Source: Salinispira sp. (GTDB taxonomy: Bacteria; Spirochaetota; Spirochaetia; DSM-27196; Salinispiraceae). Taken from it: a stretch of 64,000 bases of DNA. Below the pieces are notes generated by a model, which did not search any database, was not told the DNA's origin, and saw only the letters and a program-made list of their open reading frames with translations. The number at the start of each line of letters is the position of its first letter. The stretch's first letter is position 1. The position numbers were made by a program, and so were the translations under genes. Of the stretch, positions 9,526 to 18,580 are shown one piece after another. The stretch is from assembly GCA_965602015.1 (NCBI GenBank), contig OZ271918.1:1856001-1920000 (forward strand), written 5' to 3'.

Positions 9526-9921
9526 GTGCAGATTCCGATTCAGGACATCCTGGTAAAAAACCGGATCAGGAAAAATCTCGGCGACATCGGCGGCTTGAAG
9601 GAGTCTATCCACCGCCACGGCATACTCAATCCGATTGTCATTAATGGAAAGAACGAGCTGATAGCCGGCCACCGCCGACTGGAGTCCGCCCGCCAACTGG
9701 GATGGACCCTGGTGCCGGTGAGGATAATCGATGAAGAGGATTCCGCCCAGAAACTCGAAATGGAGATCGATGAAAATCTCTACCGGAAAAATCTAAGCGC
9801 TGATGAATTGGCGGACGCCTACGAGCAGCTTGAAAAAATGCGCAACCCCGGATGGTTTTCCAAAATCCTGCGCGCCATTGCGGAATTTTTTAAGCGACTG
9901 TTTACGAGAAAAAAGCGCTAA
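9526..9921 (+). CDS. Stand-alone ParB/Srx N-terminal domain protein with C-terminal amphipathic helix
   Basis: HGILNPIVI, LIAGHRRL, EIDENLYRKNL; ends GWFSKILRAIAEFFKRLFTRKKR; no HTH. Confidence 0.88.
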   Translation: MQIPIQDILVKNRIRKNLGDIGGLKESIHRHGILNPIVINGKNELIAGHRRLESARQLGWTLVPVRIIDEEDSAQKLEMEIDENLYRKNLSADELADAYEQLEKMRNPGWFSKILRAIAEFFKRLFTRKKR

Positions 9922-9967
9922 GTACCGCAATCGCAATGCGGCTGCCGAACCCGTCACCGTCTGTCTG

Positions 9968-11548
9968 TCACTGGTCCCAGATTTCACTGAATAAATGGGG
10001 GGTTTCGCAGTAACGGCAGGTGAACCGGTTCTCCCCTGAGCGCACGAAATCCGCAAAAATCGGTTCGTGGTTGTCCGGATTGCTGACGCAGGCCTCGTTC
10101 TTGCAGCGCAGCCCCGGCAATCGGTATACCCTCGGCGGAGTGCTCAGGCGGTATTTCTCAATCACCTCATGATCGGAAATAACGTTGAGGGTAACTCCCG
10201 GCGAGATTGCAGAAAGCATCTTCATCTTTTTTTCACCGGGCATGGCCTGGTCGGGAAGCGAAATGATTCCCTTATAGGCACCCTCTTTGAAGCTGGGAAA
10301 TACTCCATGGGAGCCCATGGTGTTCAAGTCTATAATCCGACGTATCTTGGTGATCTGCTCCCAAATATCGCCGGGCTCCTTGTTTTTGGCGATGTGATCG
10401 ATGACGATACCCTTCTCCACCGGTTTTATCCCCACCTTAAAATCGGGCTTGGATGATGAGCTGCGGGTCGCCTGCTTGATGAAGTCATCGGTATACTTTT
10501 CGCTCTCCCGACTCTCCCCCTGGTAATCCTCCCCGAGCCTTCCGCCGACCATTGCCAGTTCGATAATCCTCGTCAGATAGCCGTTCATGCTTTGCTCGTC
10601 CCATCGGTTCAATGGAAGGGTATCGAGGAAGGTTGGTATGGTTGGCGTTTCGGAATGCCGCGGCAGGGGATGATAGAAGCGCAGATTTTCATCTACCACA
10701 TCGAGCTGCTCCCGGCGGAACGTCACCGAGCGGCGAAGCCGTTCAGCCTTATTCAGCAGTTTTTCTCCCATGCGCTCCAACTGAAGTCGGGTGAAGTACC
10801 ATATAGGAGCCTGCTTCTTCTGGGCGAGATACTCATCGATCGATGCAAAAATTCGGATTTCAAAACCCTTAGCCTTCATGGCATGTATGTAATGCTCGGG
10901 CATGGCAAGCTCGGGCGGAGCGATCAGGTCGACCTCCACCTCCCGGAATACTTCGAGACCGTCCACTTTGGAGTGAACCGTCCGGCCGTGAAAAAGATCA
11001 CCGACCAGGGCGATGTGGATGTGCTCCCGTTTCCAATCAAGCTGTTCGAGAAAACTGAACTCATCGAGAAATTCCTGGGTCGGATGCTCGTGACGGCCGT
11101 CCCCGGCATTAATGAAGGCCGGGCGCGGCACGCCGATTTTCTCGGCGTATTCGCTCATGCTGCCTTCAAGCCAGCGGCATACTCCTTCGATGCGGCTCCT
11201 GACAACAAAAACACTTGCTGAGGTTGAATAACCCACGAGCATCTTGATGGTGTCGGTGATGCTTTCCTTTTTCTGGAAGCTGGAGTTTTTCGCATCAAAA
11301 TCGTTGAGCTTCACCCCATGGAATTTGCCGGCATTGCGAAAAGACTCCTTGGTGCGGGTGGAATCCTCCATAAAAAATAAATACATGCCCAAATCCGGAT
11401 TATTGAGCCTGAAGTGCTCCAGGTCTCCGCCGGTTCTCAGTGCATCCTTCAGCTGGCGGGTTTTCTGATACAGGTACCATTGTTCATCGGAATGCAGATC
11501 CCGGACGATCTGAATTGTCCGGCCGGCAAAAACTGAGCTCATGGGCAT
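9968..11548 (-). CDS. pyrBI: Fused aspartate carbamoyltransferase catalytic plus regulatory subunit
   Basis: DSTRTKESF, INAGDGRHEHPTQ, TRLQLER, HPLPR; then GIVIDHI and CKNEAC...CRYCE zinc site; start moved to the ATG after GGAG. Confidence 0.93.
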   Translation of the reverse strand: MPMSSVFAGRTIQIVRDLHSDEQWYLYQKTRQLKDALRTGGDLEHFRLNNPDLGMYLFFMEDSTRTKESFRNAGKFHGVKLNDFDAKNSSFQKKESITDTIKMLVGYSTSASVFVVRSRIEGVCRWLEGSMSEYAEKIGVPRPAFINAGDGRHEHPTQEFLDEFSFLEQLDWKREHIHIALVGDLFHGRTVHSKVDGLEVFREVEVDLIAPPELAMPEHYIHAMKAKGFEIRIFASIDEYLAQKKQAPIWYFTRLQLERMGEKLLNKAERLRRSVTFRREQLDVVDENLRFYHPLPRHSETPTIPTFLDTLPLNRWDEQSMNGYLTRIIELAMVGGRLGEDYQGESRESEKYTDDFIKQATRSSSSKPDFKVGIKPVEKGIVIDHIAKNKEPGDIWEQITKIRRIIDLNTMGSHGVFPSFKEGAYKGIISLPDQAMPGEKKMKMLSAISPGVTLNVISDHEVIEKYRLSTPPRVYRLPGLRCKNEACVSNPDNHEPIFADFVRSGENRFTCRYCETPHLFSEIWDQ

Positions 11549-11605
11549 TTCTCCGTAAGAATAAGGTGGGCGGCAGACCGATTTCTGCCGCATATCTGGG
11601 CTATC

Positions 11606-13147
11606 TTATTGACCTACTCTCAGTTCGTCCAGATCAAGGGCAGTAAATCTTCCGTCCTTGCGCTGAACCAGCAGGGCGCCGCCTTCGATGACCAGGTCGC
11701 TTGCCTGATCCACGGGGATCACCGAACGGAAGAGCAGATTGAGATTCGCATCGAAGCGCCCGGCGTACCATTCGCCACCGTCGCGGATAACCGCATACAG
11801 GTCATCTCCGCTTCCGGCGATCACCGGGCTGTATACGCTCACTTCAGCATTACCCGCGAGCACAAAGCTCAGGTCTTCGCTGTCGAACAACACAAGGGCC
11901 GGGCTCCCGCCCTCCTCGCTTATCGCGACGATTCCCTGTCGGGTGGCCACGTAGTCCCTGCCGATAATCTCCCGTTCTCCGCTGGTGATAACATCACCGT
12001 CGTTGGCGTCAACCATGACGATGGTGCTGAACAACCGGTCTCCGGACACCCGTGCCCGGGTAAGCCGAACGGGATTCGGATTGACGACGGTTTGGGTAGA
12101 TGCCTGTTCTATGTCCTCGGCCACCTCTTCACGGATTTCCTGTGCCCGCTCGTCTGCGGCTTCGGTTTGCGCTTCCCGTTGCTCGTTGGCCGTCTCCCGC
12201 TCATCCAGATCTTCCTGTTGCTGCCGGATTTCCTCCTGCCTCTCCTGCTCCTGTTCGAGCTGTTCTTCAAGCTCTTCTCTTTCAGGGCTTTCTTCGGGCA
12301 GCTGGGCTATCTCTTCTTCGAGTTCTTCCACCGCCTGCTCGGTTTCCCGTTCCTGCTGAGCCAGCTCCTGCCGCTCATCGGCGATCTGCTGCTCTTCTTC
12401 CTCAATCTCGGTCGTTTCTTCATCGACTGTGCGGTCTATGAGGTCAGCGGCCTCCATTCGGTCCTCGAGGCCCTGGTCCTCGGCATCGGAGAGGGTCTCT
12501 TCCACCGCCTCGTCGAGCAGCTCATCCGCGGGAACCGAAGAAAGTTGCCCCGGAGCCGCATCAGATGCCAGAGGAATAACGATCTGTGAGGCGCCGGCCC
12601 ATTCGCTCCAGATGAGGGAGAGACCTGCGCTTTCGGGCCTCAGGAGGCTGACGAGCTCGGGTACATAGGCTTCAGAAAACTTGGTGAGATTTCCCCGATG
12701 AACCGCGTTGTATATGGTGACCAGGCGGCCGAGAAGTTCGGCATCCTCCCGGGTGTAGGCGTATCTGCTTTCCAAATAGGCTGAAATAATTCTCCTCAGG
12801 TTGTCGATATGATCGACCCGGGCGCCGGGAAGAAGCTCAAGAAGATCGGCACCCCGAAGAGGCGAATCCGGTGAAGGCAGAATGTGGGTAATCCGGTATT
12901 TCCCGGCGAAATCCCGGCTCTCGCCTGAGGCAATTTCGAAAGACAAACTCACCCCGATGCCGCGGATTTCATCTATGGTATCGATATCTTCGTAGGGCCC
13001 TGTATAATTGATAAAATTCACCGTATCGGTGACAGTGCTTTCCAATTCCTCAACATCGACCTCGAGGGCGAAAAGTCCGGACACAAAAAAGCCCATGGCT
13101 ACGAGCAGGAAAAAACACAGCTTATGCGAGAAATACTTCATGATCAC
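11606..13147 (-). CDS. P83/100-family spirochaete protein
   Basis: Signal peptide, FINYTGP, VDHIDNLRRIISAYL, TIYNAVHRG, acidic coiled coil. Confidence 0.8.
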   Translation of the reverse strand: MIMKYFSHKLCFFLLVAMGFFVSGLFALEVDVEELESTVTDTVNFINYTGPYEDIDTIDEIRGIGVSLSFEIASGESRDFAGKYRITHILPSPDSPLRGADLLELLPGARVDHIDNLRRIISAYLESRYAYTREDAELLGRLVTIYNAVHRGNLTKFSEAYVPELVSLLRPESAGLSLIWSEWAGASQIVIPLASDAAPGQLSSVPADELLDEAVEETLSDAEDQGLEDRMEAADLIDRTVDEETTEIEEEEQQIADERQELAQQERETEQAVEELEEEIAQLPEESPEREELEEQLEQEQERQEEIRQQQEDLDERETANEQREAQTEAADERAQEIREEVAEDIEQASTQTVVNPNPVRLTRARVSGDRLFSTIVMVDANDGDVITSGEREIIGRDYVATRQGIVAISEEGGSPALVLFDSEDLSFVLAGNAEVSVYSPVIAGSGDDLYAVIRDGGEWYAGRFDANLNLLFRSVIPVDQASDLVIEGGALLVQRKDGRFTALDLDELRVGQ

Positions 13148-14898
13148 CCCTTTACTATAGATAATAGCGTGTCATCGCGTACATTGCGAGAGGAATTCAT
13201 GCGCAGGATGCGCCGGCGGGCCTGTGGGTCATCGAGAAACGTAAAAAGAAGCTCCAGGGCGTCGACAACCTGCCGCCGATACTCGGCCGAGCGAACTACC
13301 CCGGATTCCCCGTCCGCCAGGTCCATAAGGTAGCGGTAATAGCTCTCGAGCAAATACCCCGGACGCTGCCATTCCTGTGATGAAAGAAGAAATCCCTCGA
13401 CAAACTCTACCAGGCGCAGCTCAGCGGGATGGGTCCGTCCTGTCAGCCCATCAAGAACCGCACTTATCACCTCTGGGCTGACTTCCCTACGAATCCCTTC
13501 GACGACGGCCGCAGCGAGACCGTCTCCTCCCAGGCTCAGACTGGCATTGATCACTTTTAACCGGAGAGCGGGATCGCTTAGCTGATACGCCCCTCCTTCT
13601 GCAGGCCGGTAGGACCAGGTGAGGAAATTCTCCAGGGCTTTTTGGTAGGAGAAAAGTCTTCCCCTCAGAGCCCCCCGCCGGGCGGACAGGATGATGGAGT
13701 CGAGCTGACGTTCGAGCTCGGTACCATCGGCTGAACTGCTTATCAAAAGGTTGTAAAGAAAGCGCCAGTGTTGCGCCTCAGGGATATTTCTCTCGCCAAT
13801 AACCAGACGCGCATCAAAAAAATCCAATGCGGTCTGCTCGAGATCGATCCGGTGAACCCGCCATGCGCTGTCAGCCAGGTATAACCAGGACCCCTTGATG
13901 ACCACATGAGTAAGGGTCCATTGCTCCTCGAGCCGCAAAAGTTCAACTTCGTTGCCCAGACCGTCACTGAGCCAGACACTATTGGCATCGTAGGATATAT
14001 AAAGGCCGTACCGGTCCCGCCCGGTCAGAAGCGGCTGGAAGAGCAGCCCTGAGCCGGTGAAAATGCCGCTGTCTACCTCGCTGAGGTCAGGGCTGTAGCC
14101 GGACCACAATCTCGATTCATCGTCGTGAAGAAAAAGCCGGTTGGATGACACAAAACTCCGGTCCGGGGTGAATGGCAGAGCAACCTCGCCGAGTAACGCT
14201 CCGTCAGCAGAAAATCTGCTGATTTTTTCGGCACTTATTGCATACACATCATTGACCTCTCCAGCGATGATGTGAGAATCGCCGGAGATCTGTAGTGCAA
14301 AGACCAGGTCCCCTCCCCTTCGCCCGCCGGCATCAAAACTGAGGTGCAGCTGTCCGTTTTGCAAAATCCGCAGCAATCGGCCGTCGGCCAGGGAGCGAAA
14401 CAGCTCAGGCGAACCTCCCTCTCCCAGGGGGAGTTCCTCATAGCGGTACCGCGGTTCTCCGTCCCGAATGGATACAACCTGAACATCGCCGCTGCGCATG
14501 GGTACATGAAGCATGCCCCCGGGACTGGCATACCATCTTTCCGCCGCTAAGCGCGGGAGGCGGTACTCCCACAGCGCTCCCCGCTCGAAATCCTGAAGGA
14601 GAATGCGCCGGTCTTCGGTGAGAAGTAAAAGGAGCTGCCTTCCCGACCCGTCAATCATCACCTCCGGGGTCTGCAGAAGCCGGCCGGTAAGAACCAGGTT
14701 GTCGTACCAGCTTTGGCCGTCCCGGTTCGCCGGCGTCGGAATAGTCGATTCCGTGGGAATGGTCTCCAGGGCTTGATCATTTTGGGCGGACAGAAAGGGA
14801 GCGAATACAATAGAAAAAAAGAAAAACAGGATAAAAAGCGCGCCCTGTATTGTGCGCAATACGCTAGAGTTCAACAAGCTTCGGGGCACTGCGCTCAC
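13144..14898 (-). CDS. Exported hypothetical protein (beta-propeller-like N-half, helical C-half)
   Basis: 584-aa ORF with signal-like N-terminus, overlapping both neighbours by 4 nt. Confidence 0.65.
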   Translation of the reverse strand: MSAVPRSLLNSSVLRTIQGALFILFFFFSIVFAPFLSAQNDQALETIPTESTIPTPANRDGQSWYDNLVLTGRLLQTPEVMIDGSGRQLLLLLTEDRRILLQDFERGALWEYRLPRLAAERWYASPGGMLHVPMRSGDVQVVSIRDGEPRYRYEELPLGEGGSPELFRSLADGRLLRILQNGQLHLSFDAGGRRGGDLVFALQISGDSHIIAGEVNDVYAISAEKISRFSADGALLGEVALPFTPDRSFVSSNRLFLHDDESRLWSGYSPDLSEVDSGIFTGSGLLFQPLLTGRDRYGLYISYDANSVWLSDGLGNEVELLRLEEQWTLTHVVIKGSWLYLADSAWRVHRIDLEQTALDFFDARLVIGERNIPEAQHWRFLYNLLISSSADGTELERQLDSIILSARRGALRGRLFSYQKALENFLTWSYRPAEGGAYQLSDPALRLKVINASLSLGGDGLAAAVVEGIRREVSPEVISAVLDGLTGRTHPAELRLVEFVEGFLLSSQEWQRPGYLLESYYRYLMDLADGESGVVRSAEYRRQVVDALELLFTFLDDPQARRRILRMNSSRNVRDDTLLSIVKG

Positions 14899-16076
14899 CT
14901 CAAAGGCTCCAGGGTAACCAGGCTTTCGACATGGTGGTTTTGGGGAGAAAGGTCGAAACCCCGGATAGCCGTCACCCGATACGCGGCTTTTAATGTTGCC
15001 AGGTCACGGGCGAGAGTGACCGGATCGCATGATACGTAGACCAGGCTTCCGGGCCTGTGCCGGACAAGCAGGTCCTTCAGTGGCGAGTCGAGGCCGCTCC
15101 GGGGAGGATCGACAATTACCAGGTCTATATCATTGAAATTCGGCGTTTTACGAGCCGCAATCCATTTTTCCACTGACAGCGAATGGCAGCGACCCCTGGC
15201 GCCGATATTTTTCCTGGCATACTCAAGACTTTTTGGGTTTCTCTCAACAGCGTGCACCTCGCTGTAGGATTCCGGAAGAACAGCGGCGAATAATCCCGCG
15301 CCGCAGTATATATCGACGGCTTTTGCACCGCGCAGCGGAATTTGCGTCAAAAAATACTCCAGCAGTTTTTCAAGGCCGATAAGATTGCTCTGAAAAAAAC
15401 CCCGGACATCGAAGCGCAATTTCACCCCGGCGATAAAGAGCTCTATCTCCCCTTTCCCGGCAATGGTCCTCCCGGCTTGGGGAGTGAGCCCATAGGGTCC
15501 GGGGCTAAAAAGCGGAAGCCTTACGCCCTCCTCCTTTAAGTGGACCGGAAGGGATTTCCAGCCGCCGTCGAGAAATTCCTGAACAGCTTTTTCGGATACC
15601 GGACAGCGTTGTATCGGCACGATTTCATCACTGCCGGCCCGCATAAAACCGGGGCCGGACGCGGTCATATGGAACTGAAGACGGTTTCTGCTGTTCCATG
15701 CCTCACTGGGTACCACCATGAGGTCCGTGATTAAGGGGTCACCGGAGTCAAACCCGCCCTGTCTGACCAGGGCGTCGCGGAGAATTTCTTCCTTTATGCT
15801 TAGCTGCTGTTCATAGCGGATGTGCTGAAAGTCGCAGCCCCCGCAAATTCCGTAGTGCTCACAAAGCGGCTCTGTGCGATCCGGGGAGGCAGTGATTATC
15901 TGAGCCACCTCTGCCCTGCGGGCACCTTTTTTCTTTCGAATGGGCCCGAGTCGCACCAGGTCTCCCGGCGCGGCACCGGAAACAAGCACAACGCCATTGT
16001 CATCCCTGCTTAACCCGACTCCGCCGGGAAGGATTTTCTCAATATGGTATTCGTTCTGCACAGGATCAGCGTTCAT
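14895..16076 (-). CDS. rlmD: RNA m5U methyltransferase (RlmD/TrmA family)
   Basis: TRAM-like start, CEHYGICGGC Fe-S motif, FFQSN, VDPPRSG, YVSCDP, HHVE; start re-assigned to ATG 16076 (TACAAT 7 nt upstream). Confidence 0.85.
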   Translation of the reverse strand: MNADPVQNEYHIEKILPGGVGLSRDDNGVVLVSGAAPGDLVRLGPIRKKKGARRAEVAQIITASPDRTEPLCEHYGICGGCDFQHIRYEQQLSIKEEILRDALVRQGGFDSGDPLITDLMVVPSEAWNSRNRLQFHMTASGPGFMRAGSDEIVPIQRCPVSEKAVQEFLDGGWKSLPVHLKEEGVRLPLFSPGPYGLTPQAGRTIAGKGEIELFIAGVKLRFDVRGFFQSNLIGLEKLLEYFLTQIPLRGAKAVDIYCGAGLFAAVLPESYSEVHAVERNPKSLEYARKNIGARGRCHSLSVEKWIAARKTPNFNDIDLVIVDPPRSGLDSPLKDLLVRHRPGSLVYVSCDPVTLARDLATLKAAYRVTAIRGFDLSPQNHHVESLVTLEPLR

Positions 16077-16229
16077 TGAGGGTATTGTACATTGGCCGAC
16101 CGGCTGAGGAAAAGAGCTGCCTGTCACCAGGGGGTAATAGCTGGCGAAATCACCGGATTCCCTTGTGAACCGCGGGTCATTAGGGATATACTGCGGAATA
16201 CCGTTCACTTATACTAATTGAGGTAAGCC

Positions 16230-16877
16230 ATGCCCAGTGTGAAATTAGCTAGCCTGCCGACTATAAAGCGGCTGCCTTCATATCTCCATGTTGTGGAAAG
16301 CGCCCTGAAAGAGGGCCGGGAATTTATATCGGGAACGATTATTGCCGAGGAACTCGAACTTGAACCCATCCAGGTGAGAAAAGACCTGGCGATTACCGGA
16401 ATCGTCGGCAAGCCCCGTATCGGCTTTCCCGTAGCGGACCTCATTGACGCAATCAACGCCTTCCTGGAATGGAACAAGACGCACCGGGCAATTATCGTCG
16501 GAGCCGGTCATCTCGGAACCGCGCTTATGGGGTACTCGGAGTTCAAGCGGCATGGCATGAGCATCCTGGCTGCCTTCGATCCGGACAGCACAAAAATCGG
16601 CGACACCATCAATGGTATTCCGGTGTTCAGCCTTAATCAAATGGTGAACAAGATCAGGGAACTGGAGGTGGAAATCGCCATCCTCACGGTTCCATCGGAC
16701 CAATCACAGGCCGTCGCCGAACTGCTGGTAAAGGCGGGAATCCGGGCAATCTGGAACTTCACCAATGTAAAGCTCAAGGTGCCCAATCACATCGTCGTCC
16801 AGAAAGAGGACCTCTCCTCGGGCTATGCCGTCCTGGCGGTCAAGATGGCCCGCATTCCTAAAGCAGTAACAAGCTGA
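16230..16877 (+). CDS. rex: Redox-sensing transcriptional repressor Rex
   Basis: TIKRLPSY, QVRKDL, VGAGHLG, IWNF. Confidence 0.93.
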   Translation: MPSVKLASLPTIKRLPSYLHVVESALKEGREFISGTIIAEELELEPIQVRKDLAITGIVGKPRIGFPVADLIDAINAFLEWNKTHRAIIVGAGHLGTALMGYSEFKRHGMSILAAFDPDSTKIGDTINGIPVFSLNQMVNKIRELEVEIAILTVPSDQSQAVAELLVKAGIRAIWNFTNVKLKVPNHIVVQKEDLSSGYAVLAVKMARIPKAVTS

Positions 16878-16880
16878 CCC

Positions 16881-17885
16881 ATGTCAGACGATACCACCTC
16901 TATGTCAGACGATACTACCATTGACACAAAGACTTCGGAGCAGGCTTCCATGCTCGCCAACCGGGTGAAGAAACGTCACCAACACCTAAGAAAGTGGGCG
17001 AAGCGCGAAGGGGTCGAAGCCTTCCGTATTTACGACAAGGACATCCCCGAAGTTCCCCTGCAGATCGATATATACGGAAAATATCTGCACATCGCCGAGC
17101 TGATCAAATTCAAGGATAAGGATGAATTCCAGCAGGAAAAATGGACGGTGCTGATGGCCGAAAACGCCGCCCGCGCCCTTGGAATTCCCGAGGAAAACGT
17201 ATTTATTAAAACCCGTAGAAAGCAAAAAGGCTGCAACCAGTATGAAAAATTTGCCAGGGACGGGTTTACAACCGTCGTTCATGAGGGCGGGCTTGAGTTT
17301 GAATTAAATCTTACAGATTATCTTGATACCGGACTTTTTCTGGATCATAGAACGACCCGCTCATTGGTACGGGATATCGCCGAGGGTGCGCGGATGCTCA
17401 ATCTCTTTTGCTACACCGGGAGCTTCAGCGTGTACGCCGCCCACGGAGGCGCTTTAAGCACCACGAGCGTCGATATGTCCAACACCTATTGCGCCTGGGC
17501 GGAGCGCAATCTGGAGCGGAACGGTTTCCCAACGGGAAATCTCCACAGGCTGGTAAACGCAAACGCACTGGAATGGCTGGATCAGGCAGTATCGAGAAAG
17601 GATCAGTACGATCTCATTGTCTGCGATCCGCCGACCTTCTCAAACAGCAAAAAGATGGACGGCGTTTTGGATATTCAGAAAGATCACCCCCGCATCATCG
17701 AACAGTGCGTCAGCTTGCTCTCCAAGCGGGGTATACTGGTGTTCAGCAATAATTTCCGCCGTTTTAAGCTCTATCAGGATTTGCTCGATAAATTCGCTTT
17801 GGTGGATGAAATCACAAACAAAACCATCCCCGAAGATTTTATCAAACGCAAACCCCACCGCTGCTGGATAATCCAGAAGCGCTGA
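16881..17885 (+). CDS. rRNA methyltransferase, RlmK-like (C-terminal half of RlmKL)
   Basis: RIYDKDIPE, DYLDTGLFLDHR, NLFCYTG, DPPTFSNSK, FSNN. Confidence 0.85.
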   Translation: MSDDTTSMSDDTTIDTKTSEQASMLANRVKKRHQHLRKWAKREGVEAFRIYDKDIPEVPLQIDIYGKYLHIAELIKFKDKDEFQQEKWTVLMAENAARALGIPEENVFIKTRRKQKGCNQYEKFARDGFTTVVHEGGLEFELNLTDYLDTGLFLDHRTTRSLVRDIAEGARMLNLFCYTGSFSVYAAHGGALSTTSVDMSNTYCAWAERNLERNGFPTGNLHRLVNANALEWLDQAVSRKDQYDLIVCDPPTFSNSKKMDGVLDIQKDHPRIIEQCVSLLSKRGILVFSNNFRRFKLYQDLLDKFALVDEITNKTIPEDFIKRKPHRCWIIQKR

Positions 17886-17895
17886 GCATCTGTCA

Positions 17896-18573
17896 CTAAT
17901 CGTCCCTTCCATCCCGGGCATCCAGGAACAGCAATATCGCGATACATATTGCGAGAATTAAGGCGTAGTGACACATAAGCGAGGGCATGGCCCGCTGCAG
18001 CCGGCTAAAAATCAAGGCGGTCACTGCGCTGGGAAGCATAAATCCCAATACTCCAAGCTGAAACAGGCTTAGAGAGCGACCCTCAGCCGGGGAAAGCGCC
18101 AGACCTTTCCTGAACAGCGGCAAGAGCATCAGCAGGAGGACGCCGGACTGGTAGTAGATGCCGTAAAGAGCCCGTCCGGGTTGGGGGCTGGTGTAAAGGG
18201 CGATAACCGTGTCGCAGTGGCGGAGCATCACCGACTGATTAAAAAAGGCGTACCACAGGCTGAAGGCAGCGGCCGCGAGAATATAGAGAAAAGCCGTTAT
18301 GCGGTAGCCCTTTCTGGGCATCATCAGCGCAATGTACACCAGGCCCAGGGGAGGCAGCCAGGTAATATCAATAAAGGCAGCCCGGGCGAAGCGGCCCAAG
18401 GTGGCAGGGCTGCAGTTCAGAGCTTCGAAAATCTGATACCCCCCAAGCAGAATGAGAATTCCGATTAACACCCAAAATGTCCCGCCCTTCTTTTTATGAA
18501 GAATCAGTGCGGCGATGATGATGCCTATTTCAATTCCTGCGGTAATCCAGGACAGTAGCGGTGAATACTCCAT
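17896..18573 (-). CDS. Polytopic membrane protein (about 7 TM), unknown function
   Basis: Alternating hydrophobic segments across 225 aa; immediately downstream of tyrS. Confidence 0.7.
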   Translation of the reverse strand: MEYSPLLSWITAGIEIGIIIAALILHKKKGGTFWVLIGILILLGGYQIFEALNCSPATLGRFARAAFIDITWLPPLGLVYIALMMPRKGYRITAFLYILAAAAFSLWYAFFNQSVMLRHCDTVIALYTSPQPGRALYGIYYQSGVLLLMLLPLFRKGLALSPAEGRSLSLFQLGVLGFMLPSAVTALIFSRLQRAMPSLMCHYALILAICIAILLFLDARDGRDD

Positions 18574-18580
18574 AGCTCAA

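Noticed and set aside
16163..16169. TTGTGAA upstream of rex as a Rex operator
   Set aside because: Only a half-site; no TTCACAA-like arm at 4-nt spacing.
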